Positions 14,223 to 28,462 of a stretch of 64,000 nt of DNA are shown here, piece by piece. Within the stretch, counting starts at the first letter, position 1; each line of letters starts with the position of its first letter. The translations under genes and the position numbers were made by a program. Origin of the DNA: Octopus vulgaris (Eukaryota); NCBI GenBank assembly GCA_951406725.2, contig OX597835.1, positions 44,454,001 to 44,518,000 on the forward strand, written 5' to 3'. The notes under the pieces were generated by a model. The model worked only from the letters and a program-made list of their open reading frames with translations, had not been told where the DNA came from and made no database searches.

Positions 14223-14802
14223 TAGTGCCGTGCTGCATCTTATTATAATATTATATATATATATAATCATACATACTAATATCTATCTTTGTTTCTATGC
14301 CTGTTTGTCTGTGTATCTATGTATCTATCTTGTAAAATATCTTTCTGTCTGTGTACCGCTACACACATGAAAATCGAGCTAGAAAGAGAAGAGAGAGAGA
14401 GAAAAAAAAAGAGGGAGAAAGAAAGAGATGTAAAGAAAGAGGGGCTGATAGGAGGGTGAGAGAAATAAGTTAACATAGGTTGTAAGAGAATGGAATCGAA
14501 TCTCTTGTACAATAATGATTTGTTTAGTATAAACACTGTTGTTTTTAGTTAAAAATGATTAACAATTATATCAATAATGCGTATATAATACAAAAATTTC
14601 ATAAAAAGTACGTCGCAATCTGTATATTCAAATTCTCTCCTCCACACAATATGAAAATCAGTTTATATATATATATATGAACAAGCTGACATTTGCGTTT
14701 ATATAAGCGTCGATAATGGGTATTGTACGATACAAATAAGATGATAATTTATTCGAACGCCGAAATACCGTTAGAACAGAAGAAATATTGGTTAAAACAT
14801 AT

Positions 14803-14852
<50 letters not shown>

Positions 14853-14884
14853 TCACACACACACATACACACACACATATATAT

Positions 14885-15330
14885 CTTGTGCGGCAGCCAT
14901 TTTGCCCCCTGAGTCTCATCAAGTACATCAATACATAAAGTTATGTCTCTAAAGATCCCGAGTTTTGGCAGCCATGTCGTTATATGCCCGTCTAGTTAGA
15001 GAATGGAACATTGCTACAATTTTCAATCACTAATATCTTTACGTTTGCAATTCTTATTAAGGTAATATAATGGTAATTGAAAACCGTAGCAATGTTTCAT
15101 TCCGTAACCAGACAGGCATATAACAACGTGATTACCAAAATTCAGGATCGATCTTTTGCGAGACACAGCTTTATGTATTGATGTATCTGATGAGACCCAG
15201 ACTGCAAAAGGGAGGCAACACATGATGCTGAACGGAGTCTCACCCATACTGGACAATAGCAGGATGGGTCGAATCGACCGTTGTACAAAATAAAAGTTAA
15301 TATCAAAACTATCGTCTCGTTACTTATGTA
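14885..15330 (+). mobile_element. Fold-back pLTR-like unit (imperfect ~140 bp inverted repeat) with hammerhead
   Basis: About 14908-15030 pairs with about 15073-15200. A hammerhead motif and AATAAA follow. Confidence 0.65.
15182..15287 (+). ncRNA. Type I hammerhead motif (one core substitution)
   Basis: tgtat-CTGATGA-gaccca...tgggtc-GAATC-gacc-GTT-gtaca. Confidence 0.65.
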
Positions 15331-15334
15331 AGTA

Positions 15335-16910
<1,576 letters not shown>

Positions 16911-16919
16911 ATTAATATC

Positions 16920-16951
<32 letters not shown>

Positions 16952-17109
16952 GCGTCTCGGTGTGTGCGCGCGAATCCATTGTCATGCATGAATATGAGGA
17001 TATGTATATGTATGGGCAAATATTTAAATGCGAACGTATTTACGCATAAATATCATTATATATTCATTGTTTGCTCATTTATGATATATGTATTTGTTTA
17101 TTTATATAT

Positions 17110-17840
17110 TTAGTGGAAAAGTAATGCAAATTAAAAGATATAACTAAAACAAAAATTATAACAGGAACCACATCAACAAAACAATCAAACATATCCCCCA
17201 CCAAAATTCCACATATGTTTCAATGAGACAGTACGTGTGAATCATATTATCAAAACTGTAACTTCTATAAATGTAATAAACGATATATTGTCGGATATCC
17301 TCGGGAAAAGTAAGTATATTTTCCTGTCTTGACTTACGAAATGACTTATTTGTAAACTATATTTAGGAATTTCCAAATGTAAACGATAGGACGCAGAGTT
17401 CATGTGATTAAAAATTGGTCATTTAAAATTTAGCTGATATTGAAAGTTGAAATACTGCTAAAACATCATATTTGTTTGAAAAATATAGCTACATTTATAT
17501 TTAAATTCAAATATATTTATAAAAGTTTATGTGAGGGAAATGGTAGAAAGAGAGATGTAACTTATCATGAAGTGTTTAATATACAAAGAATTAGATTGAG
17601 AAATGTTAATAATGATAGAGCGAAAAGAATGTTTATATTATATTACTATAATTTTTTGAAGTACTACAGAGAAATATATTTATATTTGCAATATGTTAGA
17701 ATATTGATGATTCTAACATAATGTCGGATTGAAACATAAGTAGTTTTTTAAAGATATTTTTGGTTGTTTTGTTGATGCGGTTCCTTTTATACTTCTCCTT
17801 ACAGGTAAATCTTTTAATTTGCATTACTTTTCCATTGTGA
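17110..17840. mobile_element. Old inverted-repeat unit with degenerate hammerhead halves (pLTR-like)
   Basis: tggaaaagtaatgcaaattaaaagat..ggaaccacatcaacaaaacaa (17113-17195) is inverted at 17753-17835. The minus strand reads CCGAGGA...GAAACATATGT (17206-17308) and the plus strand has GAAACATAAGTA at about 17731. Confidence 0.55.
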
Positions 17841-18279
17841 TACAAATTGAACGAACCAAGTATCAATTATATTTTCTCTTCTCCATTTTCTTTTATAGAC
17901 TCTTTATGTTATGAAACTGCTTATGCGTTTATATTGAGGAATTTTCTATCAATATATTTGGTTCAACCCAGCTGGCATCTGGAATGTTTTTAACAATCCC
18001 TTACGGGGATAATATTACTCCCTAAAATTGTGTGTGTATATGTATATATACACACATTCATAAATATATACATACATATATGTGTATATACATACAAATT
18101 ACTAATTATATATAAGTTATATAAATATATTCATATATCTTATATTTAATTATTAATTTGTCTCTACGGACGTACGCCCGCGGCCATTAACGTTATTATT
18201 ATTTTTTTTTTATATTTAGAAATAATATCATTCTTTTATATACATACATACATACATACATACATACACATACACGCAC

Positions 18280-18322
<43 letters not shown>

Positions 18323-18348
18323 CATTTATATATATATTCATCGGAATA

Positions 18349-18698
18349 CAAGACATATACAGGGGCTTCAGAAAATTAATTTAAAACACGATTTTATTCA
18401 CATAAAAATTCATTTAGATACCCAGAGAATAGGAAGAGGACCAGCCTAGCAAAATATGTCTGGGAACTAAAAGAAAAGGAAATCCTACCTTTCAACGTGA
18501 CTTGGAGCATTCTGAATAGAGCGGCACCATACAGGCATGGAGCACACAGAAATAATTTTAAATGCAAGCTTTGCCTATTAGAAAAACTACATTTTATTCA
18601 AAGACAATAATTCTTTGAATCAAAGAAGTGAGCTAATGAACTTATGTAGACACGCAACCAAATTTAAAATGTCAAATATAAATATACCATATGGATAG
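18349..18698 (+). pseudogene. Naiad-type Penelope-like GIY-YIG C-terminal relic (absent from ORF track)
   Basis: Translates as KTYTGASEN*FKTRFYSHKNSFR...TSLAKYVWELKEK..VTWSILNRAAPY..CKLCLLEKL, then after a frameshift LNQRSELMNLCRHATKFK. Confidence 0.85.
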
Positions 18699-19853
18699 TG
18701 TATATATTTTGTATTTTTGATTTTTGAAATTTTGATTTTGACTCTTGGACTAGTATGTAAACGCGACGATGGATTTGTTTCGCGCTATGCAGATTTCATT
18801 CCGTATAGCAAAGTCTCATGCATATATTTTGTTTATTTTGTTTATGTTTCTACTTATACATTAGGAAAAACCTTCGGCTTTGTTTATTTCATGTTATTGT
18901 ATTGTATAGGATTACCTTGATTTTTAATTTATAGATGATCCAAAATATGGTGTTATATTTTATATGTCTTTCGTATATTTTTCATTATTGCACTCACCTT
19001 TTTTTAAAAATCAATGTTGTCAAAAATTAGAATTTTGATGTAAATATGTGTATAGCTATGGATATGTATTTGTAAGCATGCGTCTATGTGTATGTGTAAG
19101 TGAGCGTATGTTTGTGCTTAAGCACACACATACACGACTGTATGTGTATGTATCCATTCGAACTTGTGTATTTGTATACTTGTCTCCATATATGTCAATA
19201 ACGCGGTTACACAGCTTGTATACATAATTTTTCTTAATTGGTTTTTTCCCCACCCCTCCTTTTCCTTTTCTTTTTTCCTTCCCCTTCTTCGTTCCTTTTT
19301 CTCTCTCTTCCTTTCTTTCGTTTTTTCTCTAACTGATACTGATACAACTTTACGTCCCCCTTACTTAAGCTTTACTCCGTAAATAAGAAACGCTACATCG
19401 ATGATTTTAACTTGCGTGCGAGATAGATTGCGTACATATTTGTATGCATGCATTTGTGTGTATATTTTATATTTATATTTATACGTCTGTATATGTATGG
19501 CGTTTGCACGCATCCTTCTGTGTATGTTGATATATATATGTACACTTTAATATGAATATGTATTGCAGTGTAATATTTATAAGTTTTAATTTCCATGCAT
19601 TAATTATATTTTCTTCATTAACGTCAATATGTATTTTATTTAATGTAAGGTTTTTTCCTCGAATTTTATAATTTTTATAATTTTAATAATTTTTTTATAT
19701 ATATATACATATATTTTTGAGCTCATTTTTTGTTTATCGCTCGAAGATTGACCGTTATTTCTAAAGGGCCAATCAAACAAGTCTATTTTTTAAAGGTGTA
19801 GCGTTTGTAAGAGTCTGGATTGAATTGATATATCGGTTCCATTCCAGCAAAAA

Positions 19854-19891
19854 CTGTCTGGTGAACGGCAACGAGAAACTCAGAGTAACAG
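19854..19891 (+). ncRNA. Minimal type I hammerhead motif (core A6G) in pLTR-like tail
   Basis: ctgt-CTGGTGA-acggcaacga-GAAAC-TCAGA-GTA-acag, followed by AATAAA and (TA)n. A related aactctgagtttc fragment lies inside the hairpin at 48177-48241. Confidence 0.6.
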
Positions 19892-19923
19892 ATTTTGTTG
19901 AATTTTCTGCTGCTTTAAATAAA

Positions 19924-20009
<86 letters not shown>

Positions 20010-20291
20010 ATAATAAAGGGTGAAATTAATTAATTTAGAAATAATCATTAATTTCACCAAGTAGAGTTCGGCTTGTAAAAGACCCATTCAAGGAAGGTTT
20101 AAGTAATACTAAGTAATTAAGGGTTCAGCAACGATTTGCCTCACCACACACCGAATTTAGAAATAGCAGTCAAAAGGTTTTGGCTATTCTTTCTACTTAA
20201 AAGGGAGATCCCAGTAAAACCAAAGCACTTAAAAAACAAACGACACAGGTAAAAGAGAAAGAAATGACGAAAATCATTCTATATTAAGTTA

Positions 20292-20378
20292 CCTACGGAC
20301 GCACGTTTCGGAATATAATTCATTGCAGAGGATAAAAATTAAATAATTATGTCTGACTATTTTCCTCCTCAGCGTAGG
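20292..20378 (-). ncRNA. Type I hammerhead ribozyme motif (intact)
   Basis: cctacg-CTGAGGA-ggaa...ttcc-GAAAC-GTGC-GTC-cgtagg. Confidence 0.85.
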
Positions 20379-20660
20379 ACTCTTCAATTATAAATAATTG
20401 CTTCTCAATTATTAATAATTGTGTATTAAATTTGAAGGCACTAGAGGACATCACCTCAACTCATGGTATCAGAGCTAGCGTAAGCCTTGCCAGTACCACC
20501 AAATTCAAAGGGTGAATGAAAGTAAGTCACCTTCCCCCTTCCGCCAGCGTGTTGCCAAAATAAGATGCTACAGTTTTTTACTGGGATGAAATACAATTAT
20601 CAATAATAAAGGGTACACAATTATTAATAATTGAAACGCAATTATTTATAATTGAAGAGT

Positions 20661-20751
20661 CCTACGCTGAGGAGGAAAATAGTCAGGTAAGACATAATTA
20701 TTTAATTTTTATGCTCTGTAATGACTTAATTCCGAAACGTGCTTCCGTAGG
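20661..20751 (+). ncRNA. Type I hammerhead motif (stem III mutated, GTC>TTC)
   Basis: cctacg-CTGAGGA-ggaa...ttcc-GAAAC-GTGC-TTC-cgtagg. Confidence 0.7.
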
Positions 20752-21012
20752 TAACTTAATATAGAATGATTTTCGTAATTTCTTTCTCTTTTACCTGCGT
20801 CGTTTGTTTTTTAAGTCCTTTGGAAATACTGGGATTTCTACATTCTAAAGAAGAGCTGTTCTCGAAAAAAAAAAAAAAAAAAAAACGCCATCTTTTTTCC
20901 ACCTTCACTGAGCGTCAAGCTAATATATTCCACATGTACAACCTTTTTCTTATTTGCTATTTTTAATGTTCAGTTTTTCATGTTTGATTTGACTACACAC
21001 ACGCAAACACAT

Positions 21013-21074
<62 letters not shown>

Positions 21075-22269
21075 AAGTTCATAGAGGTTGATACGTACAT
21101 CTCAGAAATTGTAATCGCTTTACTAAAGAGCTTCACTCAGGCATATCAGGCGTTTAGATATTTACGTCAATTTCTGTTCTGAATTTCAAATCCGACATTG
21201 ATGTTTTACTCTTCATTCAATTTTAGGGATCAATCAAAACGAAATGTTAAACATATCTGCCAGTCTGAATGGGCAATAGTGGTTAGAAAAGAAGGGGGAA
21301 TTAATTTTTCATGTATGACAAGTAAGTCCGAAAATCGCTCAGAAGAATTGCAAGAAATTCGGGGTATAAAACAACATATGTATATGGATGCTTCCTCGCA
21401 GATATGACACTGAAGATGAATATTGTGGCTCTGATCACGTGGATGATGAGAATTACAATTTTTGGTATAGTCCATTTTGGAAGAGATAAATTCTTGCACT
21501 GACATAGGAAACACAGATATCTGACCTCCACAGCAAAAGATCTTCATAATCCGCCTGTGTCTTGCTTATGCGATATTTAGTGATCAACGATACTAGATCT
21601 AGAAAGAAATACCCTTTTGCATCCATTGCATCTAAGTTCTGGGTTGAAATCCGTTGCAGTCCTTCTGTTTTCTCCCTTTTGCAAAGATCAGTTGAGCTTT
21701 TCGGGGTCAATACGCTTTGACCCAAACTTTTCACGACCTTCTTTAATTACATTCTGCTAGAATGTTCTGTTCTTTGCCAAGGAATAACCAATTTCTAATG
21801 CCAATATCCAGAAGCTTCAAATTATCCGTAATCGCGTCTTTGAATCATGTTTTGATTAATGACTTGGCCTATTTATATTTGAAATCTCTTCATTAAAAAT
21901 ACTCTTGGGCAACCTGGCATCGTCTACCTTGACAACATGACCAGTCCAATGCATTTAACTGTAGACCAATGTTTCCTAACCTGTTTTCCCCCAGACACCA
22001 CTATAACTTTCCAGAAAAATGTATGCTTCATTAGTGGTTGGAAAAAAAAACAACTTTATTTTTAATGTTTCATAATTATATACTTATTTTAAAAGAAATA
22101 TCCATACCATGGCATTAGAATGGCGCTATTCTTTGGCAAATAGTCTTTACAGAGTATGCTTGGCTGGAGAGATTGGTTTGGCTAGGATGAATATAGATGT
22201 ATTTTTGCAATGAAAAAATGGTTTTCACTGTTCCATGTCCCACTTAAAATAACAAAGAAATCCATTTTA

Positions 22270-22320
22270 GATCTAAGGCCCCACCACACACTTCCCAGGC
22301 CCCACGTTGGGAATCAGTGA
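22270..22320 (-). mobile_element. hAT (Charlie-like) terminal fragment
   Basis: Minus strand cactgattcccaacgtggggcc resembles CAGTG.TTCCCAA-type TIRs. Degenerate sequence lies to its left. Confidence 0.4.
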
Positions 22321-22334
22321 CAGTCATCTTCTCG

Positions 22335-22670
22335 ATACTTTTTCATGTGCCTCTCCTCACTACTTCCGCAATTCTTATCAAAGATGTCAGTTTAACTCCT
22401 AAAATCTGTCTGAGACAGTTTGATGAAAACTTTCAAACCATTTTATGTATCGCTTGAATGTTGTGCACTTCTCATATTCATATAACAATACAGTTAATAC
22501 GCATAATCTCTGCATACTTATTTTAATTGCCAGATGAAGGTCTGGTTCTTCTGTTCTTTTTCCGCTAATTTTCCGAATGCATGCGTGGCATTTTGAATTC
22601 TCTGATTAATTTCCACAACAACCGTTCCCCCTGTACGGATAATCCTTCCGAGATACAAAGACCTGTCGTG
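22335..22670 (-). pseudogene. RTE-clade LINE RT C-terminal relic
   Basis: LYLG..I...EINQRIQNATHAFGKL...CVLTVLLY.YE...FESFHQ/CLRQILGV. Confidence 0.8.
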
Positions 22671-22693
22671 TACACTCGTTTGTTATATATATA

Positions 22694-23473
22694 CTAGCAG
22701 TATTGCCCGGCTCTTGCGCTCGTGCATTCTATGCACGCGCGAATTAAGCTAAACGTCGATGAAGTTAAATTATTTTGGTTTTAAAATCAAGCATTTTATG
22801 CCCTCTATTTTTGCGCTTATGTGTTCCATTTCCTCAATAGGAAGTACGTAGAAGCGTTTCATAAATTTTTGTTGATCAAATAATTGCATTGTTGAATTAT
22901 TCTTTTTGATCAGTATTTCTCAACGGGGATTTCAGGGGAGAGTTTCAGGGAGTCGCTGAAAATCCGGTCTGCTAAAATTTGGTTAAAGTGATTCAAACTG
23001 CAGACTCAACGCAAAATGGTCACATTTAATTCAAAGCGTTAAAAATGTTCTGAAAACAATTGGTACGTGTTCACAAAGTTCAAACGATTAATACGAAAAA
23101 TAATACATCTCGAAAATTAATTTCTTTGCCGAATTTCTACAATGTTTACGGCGATTCGTTTTTATATCTTGATTTTTTTCAGGCAATTTACGCATGCTTG
23201 CACGCGTGGTGAACACAGCTCACGTCAAACAGCTGACTGAGTAAAGTTCACTATTCAATGCATGGGATAAGGCCTAAACAAACACATTATCGATTTTTGT
23301 ACTTGCGAAATGAACTTCGGAACAGAAATAGCGCAGTTCAATTTTCATTTGCCTAAAGTTTAAGTGACCCATTTTTGGTGGTTCTACGATTTGTTGGCTA
23401 GAAGGAGATGTACCGGGAAGTTAAATACATAGACACACACACAGATACACAAGTTGAGTTATATATAGAGAGA
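22694..23473 (-). mobile_element. Non-autonomous Helitron (Lep1/HINE-like)
   Basis: The minus strand starts A|TC (atctctctatatat) and ends with a GC-rich imperfect hairpin (gcacgagcgcaagagccgggc) plus CTAG|T. There is a CA-rich tract near the 5' end. Confidence 0.7.
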
Positions 23474-23529
23474 TTTAGCGTTACATACATACAAACATTC
23501 ATTCATTCACACAAATATACATACATGAT

Positions 23530-23776
23530 GATGGCCGTTCTCTCGTAATCGAGGAAGACATTTGCTGACCTTCAGGAACATTATACGCTCAAGGACTAAC
23601 ATATATTTTGCATTTGCGGCTCCGTTGGTGGCTAATGAACCCTGCTCTTGACAATTTCCATGCAGAATACGTGCTCTATCAATGTGGCGATGACAGGCAT
23701 TGCTCTCCCTGTCAGTCTCCTGCATATCACAGGCCTTTAATGAAGACTTGACATTGTCCTTAAATCGCAGCCTTAC
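23530..23776 (-). pseudogene. RTE-clade LINE 3' end relic
   Basis: RLRFKDNVKSSLKACDMQETDRESNACHR matches the RTE C-terminal (R.KD..K..LK...I...WE..A.DR) pattern. Confidence 0.75.
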
Positions 23777-24083
23777 ATAAATGCATGCATATATATACAT
23801 ATATACATACATGCATGCATACATACGAAATACCTACATACATACATACATACATACATACATACATACATACATACATTTATTGCTTTACTTGAAGGGA
23901 TTTTTAGACGAAAAACTCGACCCCAGGACCTACTTTTTAAGCCTGGTACTCATTCCATCGGTCTTTCTTGCCGAACAATGAATGTTACGTGTCACGTAAA
24001 CATGCCAGTATTGGTTGTCAAGCGGGGATGGGGTGAAACACAGACTCAAAGACACGCACACACATCATATATATACATATACG

Positions 24084-24117
<34 letters not shown>

Positions 24118-24118
<1 letters not shown>

Positions 24119-24372
24119 CACCGTGATCACCGTGACCGACCAGGCTATCGGATGTTGCTACACATCGCTGGTCACAATGCGTACGCATTGTTTTACCCTT
24201 CGAATGACGCCACCCCGCTGGCTAAGCGAGCAGGCCAACAGAAGAAAGAGTGGGAGAAAGAGTGGTGAAAGAATACAGCAGGGATCACCACCCCCTGCCG
24301 GAGCCTCGTGGACCTTTTAGGTGTTTTTTGCTCAATAAACACTCACAACGCCCGGTCTGGGAGTCGAAACTG

Positions 24373-24376
<4 letters not shown>
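24118..24376 (-). mobile_element. tRNA-Arg-derived SINE (OR-like), 5'-truncated; further copy ~43000-43180
   Basis: Shares the head region cccagaccgggcgttgtgagtgtttattgagc with 41179 but has a different 3' body. Confidence 0.75.
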
Positions 24377-24442
<66 letters not shown>

Positions 24443-24864
24443 GTTGAAATGCTTGGAGATGATGTACAGGTATTTTACATTAGAAGAAATGAGGTGCTCA
24501 GAAAATCGGATGGTTTTATATTTACAGATATTTATTTGTATATTACGTTTTTATACATCATATAACTTAGATCATTAGCGCTTTCTCCCATTCTAGTGGG
24601 GTTTTCAAATCGAACTAAGTACCTATGTGAAAAGTTTTGACCATTTTATGGTGTTATTGAGTTTGTAGTGGTGGGGAGGAATATAAGACAGTATATATGT
24701 ATATATATATGGTGGCCCGCTGAATTCTACACTGTTTTATTTATTCCGTTTTGTTTCATTCTCTCTCCATTTTTATCTTCTTATTCCTTTCTGCCAAAGA
24801 GCGTAGGCTGAAAATGTAAAAGACTTTTCCATTTTTCTCGTGCGTTGAACTAATATATATATAG

Positions 24865-25437
24865 TGGCCCTCTCAAATACGCCCTTAGCTGCCCGGATAT
24901 TTACCCTTACTACCTACGTAGACGAAACGAAAGTCTCTCAGAAAATGCAAAACCTTAGCTATGTTGCACGTCCGCGCCAGGAATTGGACGCAATTTATAG
25001 ATGTGCTGAGACCAATAATATACAGTTGAATGCTGGAAAATTTTAAACATTGTGTACCAAAAACTAAAATTGAACGAAAATCTTACAGGGTACACTGGCG
25101 CATCGGGTATTGCAATACCAAAACCAAAATGAGTTCCTGACCTGGGTATCGACATGATGGCGCAAAGTGCACATGGTTGGCTGGCTGGATCCTGAGAACC
25201 TTCAGACCCAGAGAGAAGAAAACATGATAGTCATCTAAACGACATTCGTTCTCAGCCGCCTGGACAACTGTTCCCAACTATGGTCACCCCACAGTGTAAA
25301 ATTAACAGCGGACTTTGAAGCAATTCAACGAAGATACACCAACAAGATCGTCTCCTTGCGACAGCTCTGAAACTGGGAAAGGCTGAAACAGCTAAGATTC
25401 TATTCCCTGGGGCGAAGGCGGAGAGATATGCAATAAT
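24865..25437 (+). pseudogene. CR1-like LINE RT relic
   Basis: YVDETKV..ELDAIYRCAETNNIQLNAGKF, DLGI, AGWILRTF, FVLSRLDNCSQLWSP, EAIQRRYT, WERLKQLRFYSLGRRR. Confidence 0.85.
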
Positions 25438-25654
25438 ATCTGAGAGATAAATATACAACGGGCATTTTTGAGTTTCCCTCAACAAATCCACTCACAAAGC
25501 TTTGGATGGCCCGCTGCTATAGTACGAGACATTTGCCCAAGATGCCACGCAGTGGGACTGAACTCAGAGCCATGCCATGTATTTGGGAAGCAAGCTTCTT
25601 TCTTACTACACAGCCACGCCTGCGGCTATATATTATATGTTATATATATATTAC

Positions 25655-25743
<89 letters not shown>

Positions 25744-25794
25744 ATATATACAATATACAATATATATATTGAACTTTTATAGAAGTTCCTACCG

Positions 25795-25836
<42 letters not shown>

Positions 25837-26929
25837 TACACACATATAGATATACATAAATATATAAACGTATCTAAACTCCAGACCGATATTCACACAT
25901 CCGCACTCACACAGTCGCGCACGCATACATACAGATACAGATACAGACACAGACACAGAACGCTTTACAGACATAAATTATACACGCATACACAGACGGG
26001 TTTTTATATATGTATGTACGTTTATAATAACTGTCAAAATATTAATTTCTAGATATATGCAGCTTTCGTATTGAATCCAGATTCCTCCCGAGGCATGCAC
26101 TCTTTCTCAAATATCAAATTACCATATGTAGAAATATATTTACATAAAATTGGTGGATATTTGACCTGTAGACATAATAAGTGTACACAGCGTCTGAGAG
26201 GAAAATATTTATCGCTCAACATTATTTGAGCTTCTGCTAAAATAATATATATGTATATACAAACATACACACAAACATACATGCATGCATACATACATAC
26301 ACACACACACACACATTACACACGTACACACACTGAAACACGTGAGGCACACTTGACACCATTCACACACACTGACATACACAATCACACTCACCATTCT
26401 CACATACATACACATTTTTGCGCACTTTTGTTCGTTGGGATCCCCATTATAATCTCTCTTTTATTCAACCTCATTTTTCCCAGTCGTACGCTGAACTCTA
26501 CACTGCTTTCTTTTCACTCTCCGTTTTTTTCATTTTCTCTCCATTTTTTCACACTTATTACTTTCTCTCGAAGTGCGTAGGCTCAAAATGTAAAAGACTT
26601 TTCTATTTTTCCCGTGCGTTGGACTAATACACCTGCTTGTTTTCCCAACACCTGTCTTCCTCTTTTATAACTTTGAATTATATACATATAATTGACCGCT
26701 AGCTCCAAAAGATTTTTTATTCCCTCTCTGTTTATTTCCTCTTGTTCCTTTCTGCTGCAGAGCGTAGGCTCGAAACGTAAAATATTTCCTCACTTTCCTC
26801 AACATCTGTTTGTTGTTTAAACACGTTATTTATTTTTTTTTTTGTAAATTTCAACTATATATATATAGGACCAATAGTACAGTCCTATATAGAGGAATGC
26901 TAAAAGATTACTGGTAGAAGAATTAGATG

Positions 26930-28030
26930 TTATTTAAATCTAGAGAAAGTGTACGCCAATTTGTGAAAGCAAAAATTATTTCACTCATTAATGCTGTTAA
27001 TAATGGGTTGGCCGGCTTTGATGATGAAGAAAATTTCATTGATACATAAAGAGCATTTTTTATTTCTACTATTGTATACAGGTGCAGATGTTAGTATTTC
27101 CCAATCTAATTTAAAATCTATGTTTTTACCCTTGAGTTCCCAGATATACGTACTTAACCCCATAGAGTTCATCCTATTTTTATTTTTAAAAGTATATCTA
27201 TGATAGTTTAACCGTTGTTTTATACTATTTTTAGTCGCACCAATGTACACCCCGCTATTGTATTGTGTATTTACAGTGCATTGGTAAACCACCTCTCTCC
27301 TCAGGCATTTATTACCAAACACACATTGATTCTTGCTTCTGCAATTCCAGCCTTTAACAGATTGAGAAGATTTAACCCTGGCAGAAATCCCCGTAGCCCT
27401 ATTCCTGTTGATATTATTGCACTTATTTTCACTACTACCCATGTTTATCTTTCTATCATTATAGAAGCAATCTAATTTCTTGTTGTTGAAGGAGGAGATG
27501 ATGGTGGCTAGATTATTCGTGATACTATATCCTATTCTAATAGTTCTATTGTTAATTATTTGGCTAAATTTATTCTTACCCTTAGTAAATAGTCTATATA
27601 TTGCTTTATGTATTGTTCTGACTATATCCGTTTTAATCTGCATTGCATATGGTATTATTAGCCATAGTGTATCGTCATCACTATGTGGATTACTCCTCAA
27701 ATTGTTATTTTGGGGAAAAACCCTATTATTCTTCCAACCCGTATGTTTTCTACCCTTAGTATTGTCAATATAATGCCTAGAATTCCCCTTTAGATTGGTT
27801 TTATTAGTGACTTTATTGTTATTGTTATTCTTCTTCTTCTTATTGTTTAGATGAACTCCACTATTGCCATATATATTATCAATATTACTATGCCTATTGT
27901 TGATATCCCTACTATTATTATTGTGCGCTAAGTTATTTAGATCAATGTTGACAAGTCTAAGATTATTAAAACTAGTATTATTGTCATATGTATTTTTATA
28001 TAGTATATTTTTATATGCATGTGGGTGCAT
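26930..28030 (-). mobile_element. Naiad-type Penelope-like element: N-rich linker, thumb and GIY-YIG domain
   Basis: The 349-aa ORF reads LWLIIPY..IINNRTIRIGYS..NLATIISSFNNKKL, NCRSKNQCVFGNKC..VVYQCTV..YIGATKNSIKQRLNYH..LSTYIWELK..WEIL..CSLCINE. The frame continues past TGA as NNFCFHKLAYTFSRFK*. Confidence 0.88.
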
Positions 28031-28065
28031 TTCGGCGTATCCACTTATATTTACTATACTCTTTT

Positions 28066-28462
28066 ACTCTTACTCTTTTACTTGTTTCAGTCATTTGACT
28101 GCGGCCATGCTGGAGCACCGCCTTTAGTCGAGCAGCTCGACCCCGGGACTTATTCTTTGTAAGCCAAGTACTTATTCTATCGGTCTCTTTTTGCCGAACC
28201 GCTAAGTGACGGGGACGTAAACACACCAGCATCGGTTGTCAAGCAATGCTAGGGGAACAAACACACACACACATACATATATATATACATATATTCGACA
28301 GGCTTCTTTCAGTTTCCGTCTACCAAATCCACTCACAAGGCATTGGTCGGCCCGGGGCTATAGCAGAAGACACTTTGCCCAAGATGCCACGCATTGGGAC
28401 TGAACCCGGAACCATGTGGTTGGTTAGCAAGCTACTTACCACACAGCCACTCCTGCGCCTAT
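28066..28462 (-). mobile_element. Full-length tRNA-derived SINE (OK-like); partial copies ~23890, ~25455, ~32175, ~59135
   Basis: The head has an A box (tggctgtgtgg) and a B box (gggttcagtccc). There is an internal CA/TA tract and a (GAGTAA)-type tail. Confidence 0.85.

Larger units (their letters stand above)
20005..20835. mobile_element. Non-coding Penelope-associated element with ~220 bp inverted repeats carrying divergent hammerheads
   Basis: 20208-20425 is the reverse complement of 20614-20835. tatcaataataaagggt occurs at about 20005 and about 20598. The unit starts at (TA)n. Confidence 0.8.

Noticed and set aside
21100-22000. Possible transposase relic next to a hAT-like end
   Set aside because: No convincing catalytic motif could be read by eye.
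24545-24620. Minus-strand TTGAAAA-cccc..ggga-GAAAGCGCT motif
   Set aside because: Too degenerate to call a hammerhead.
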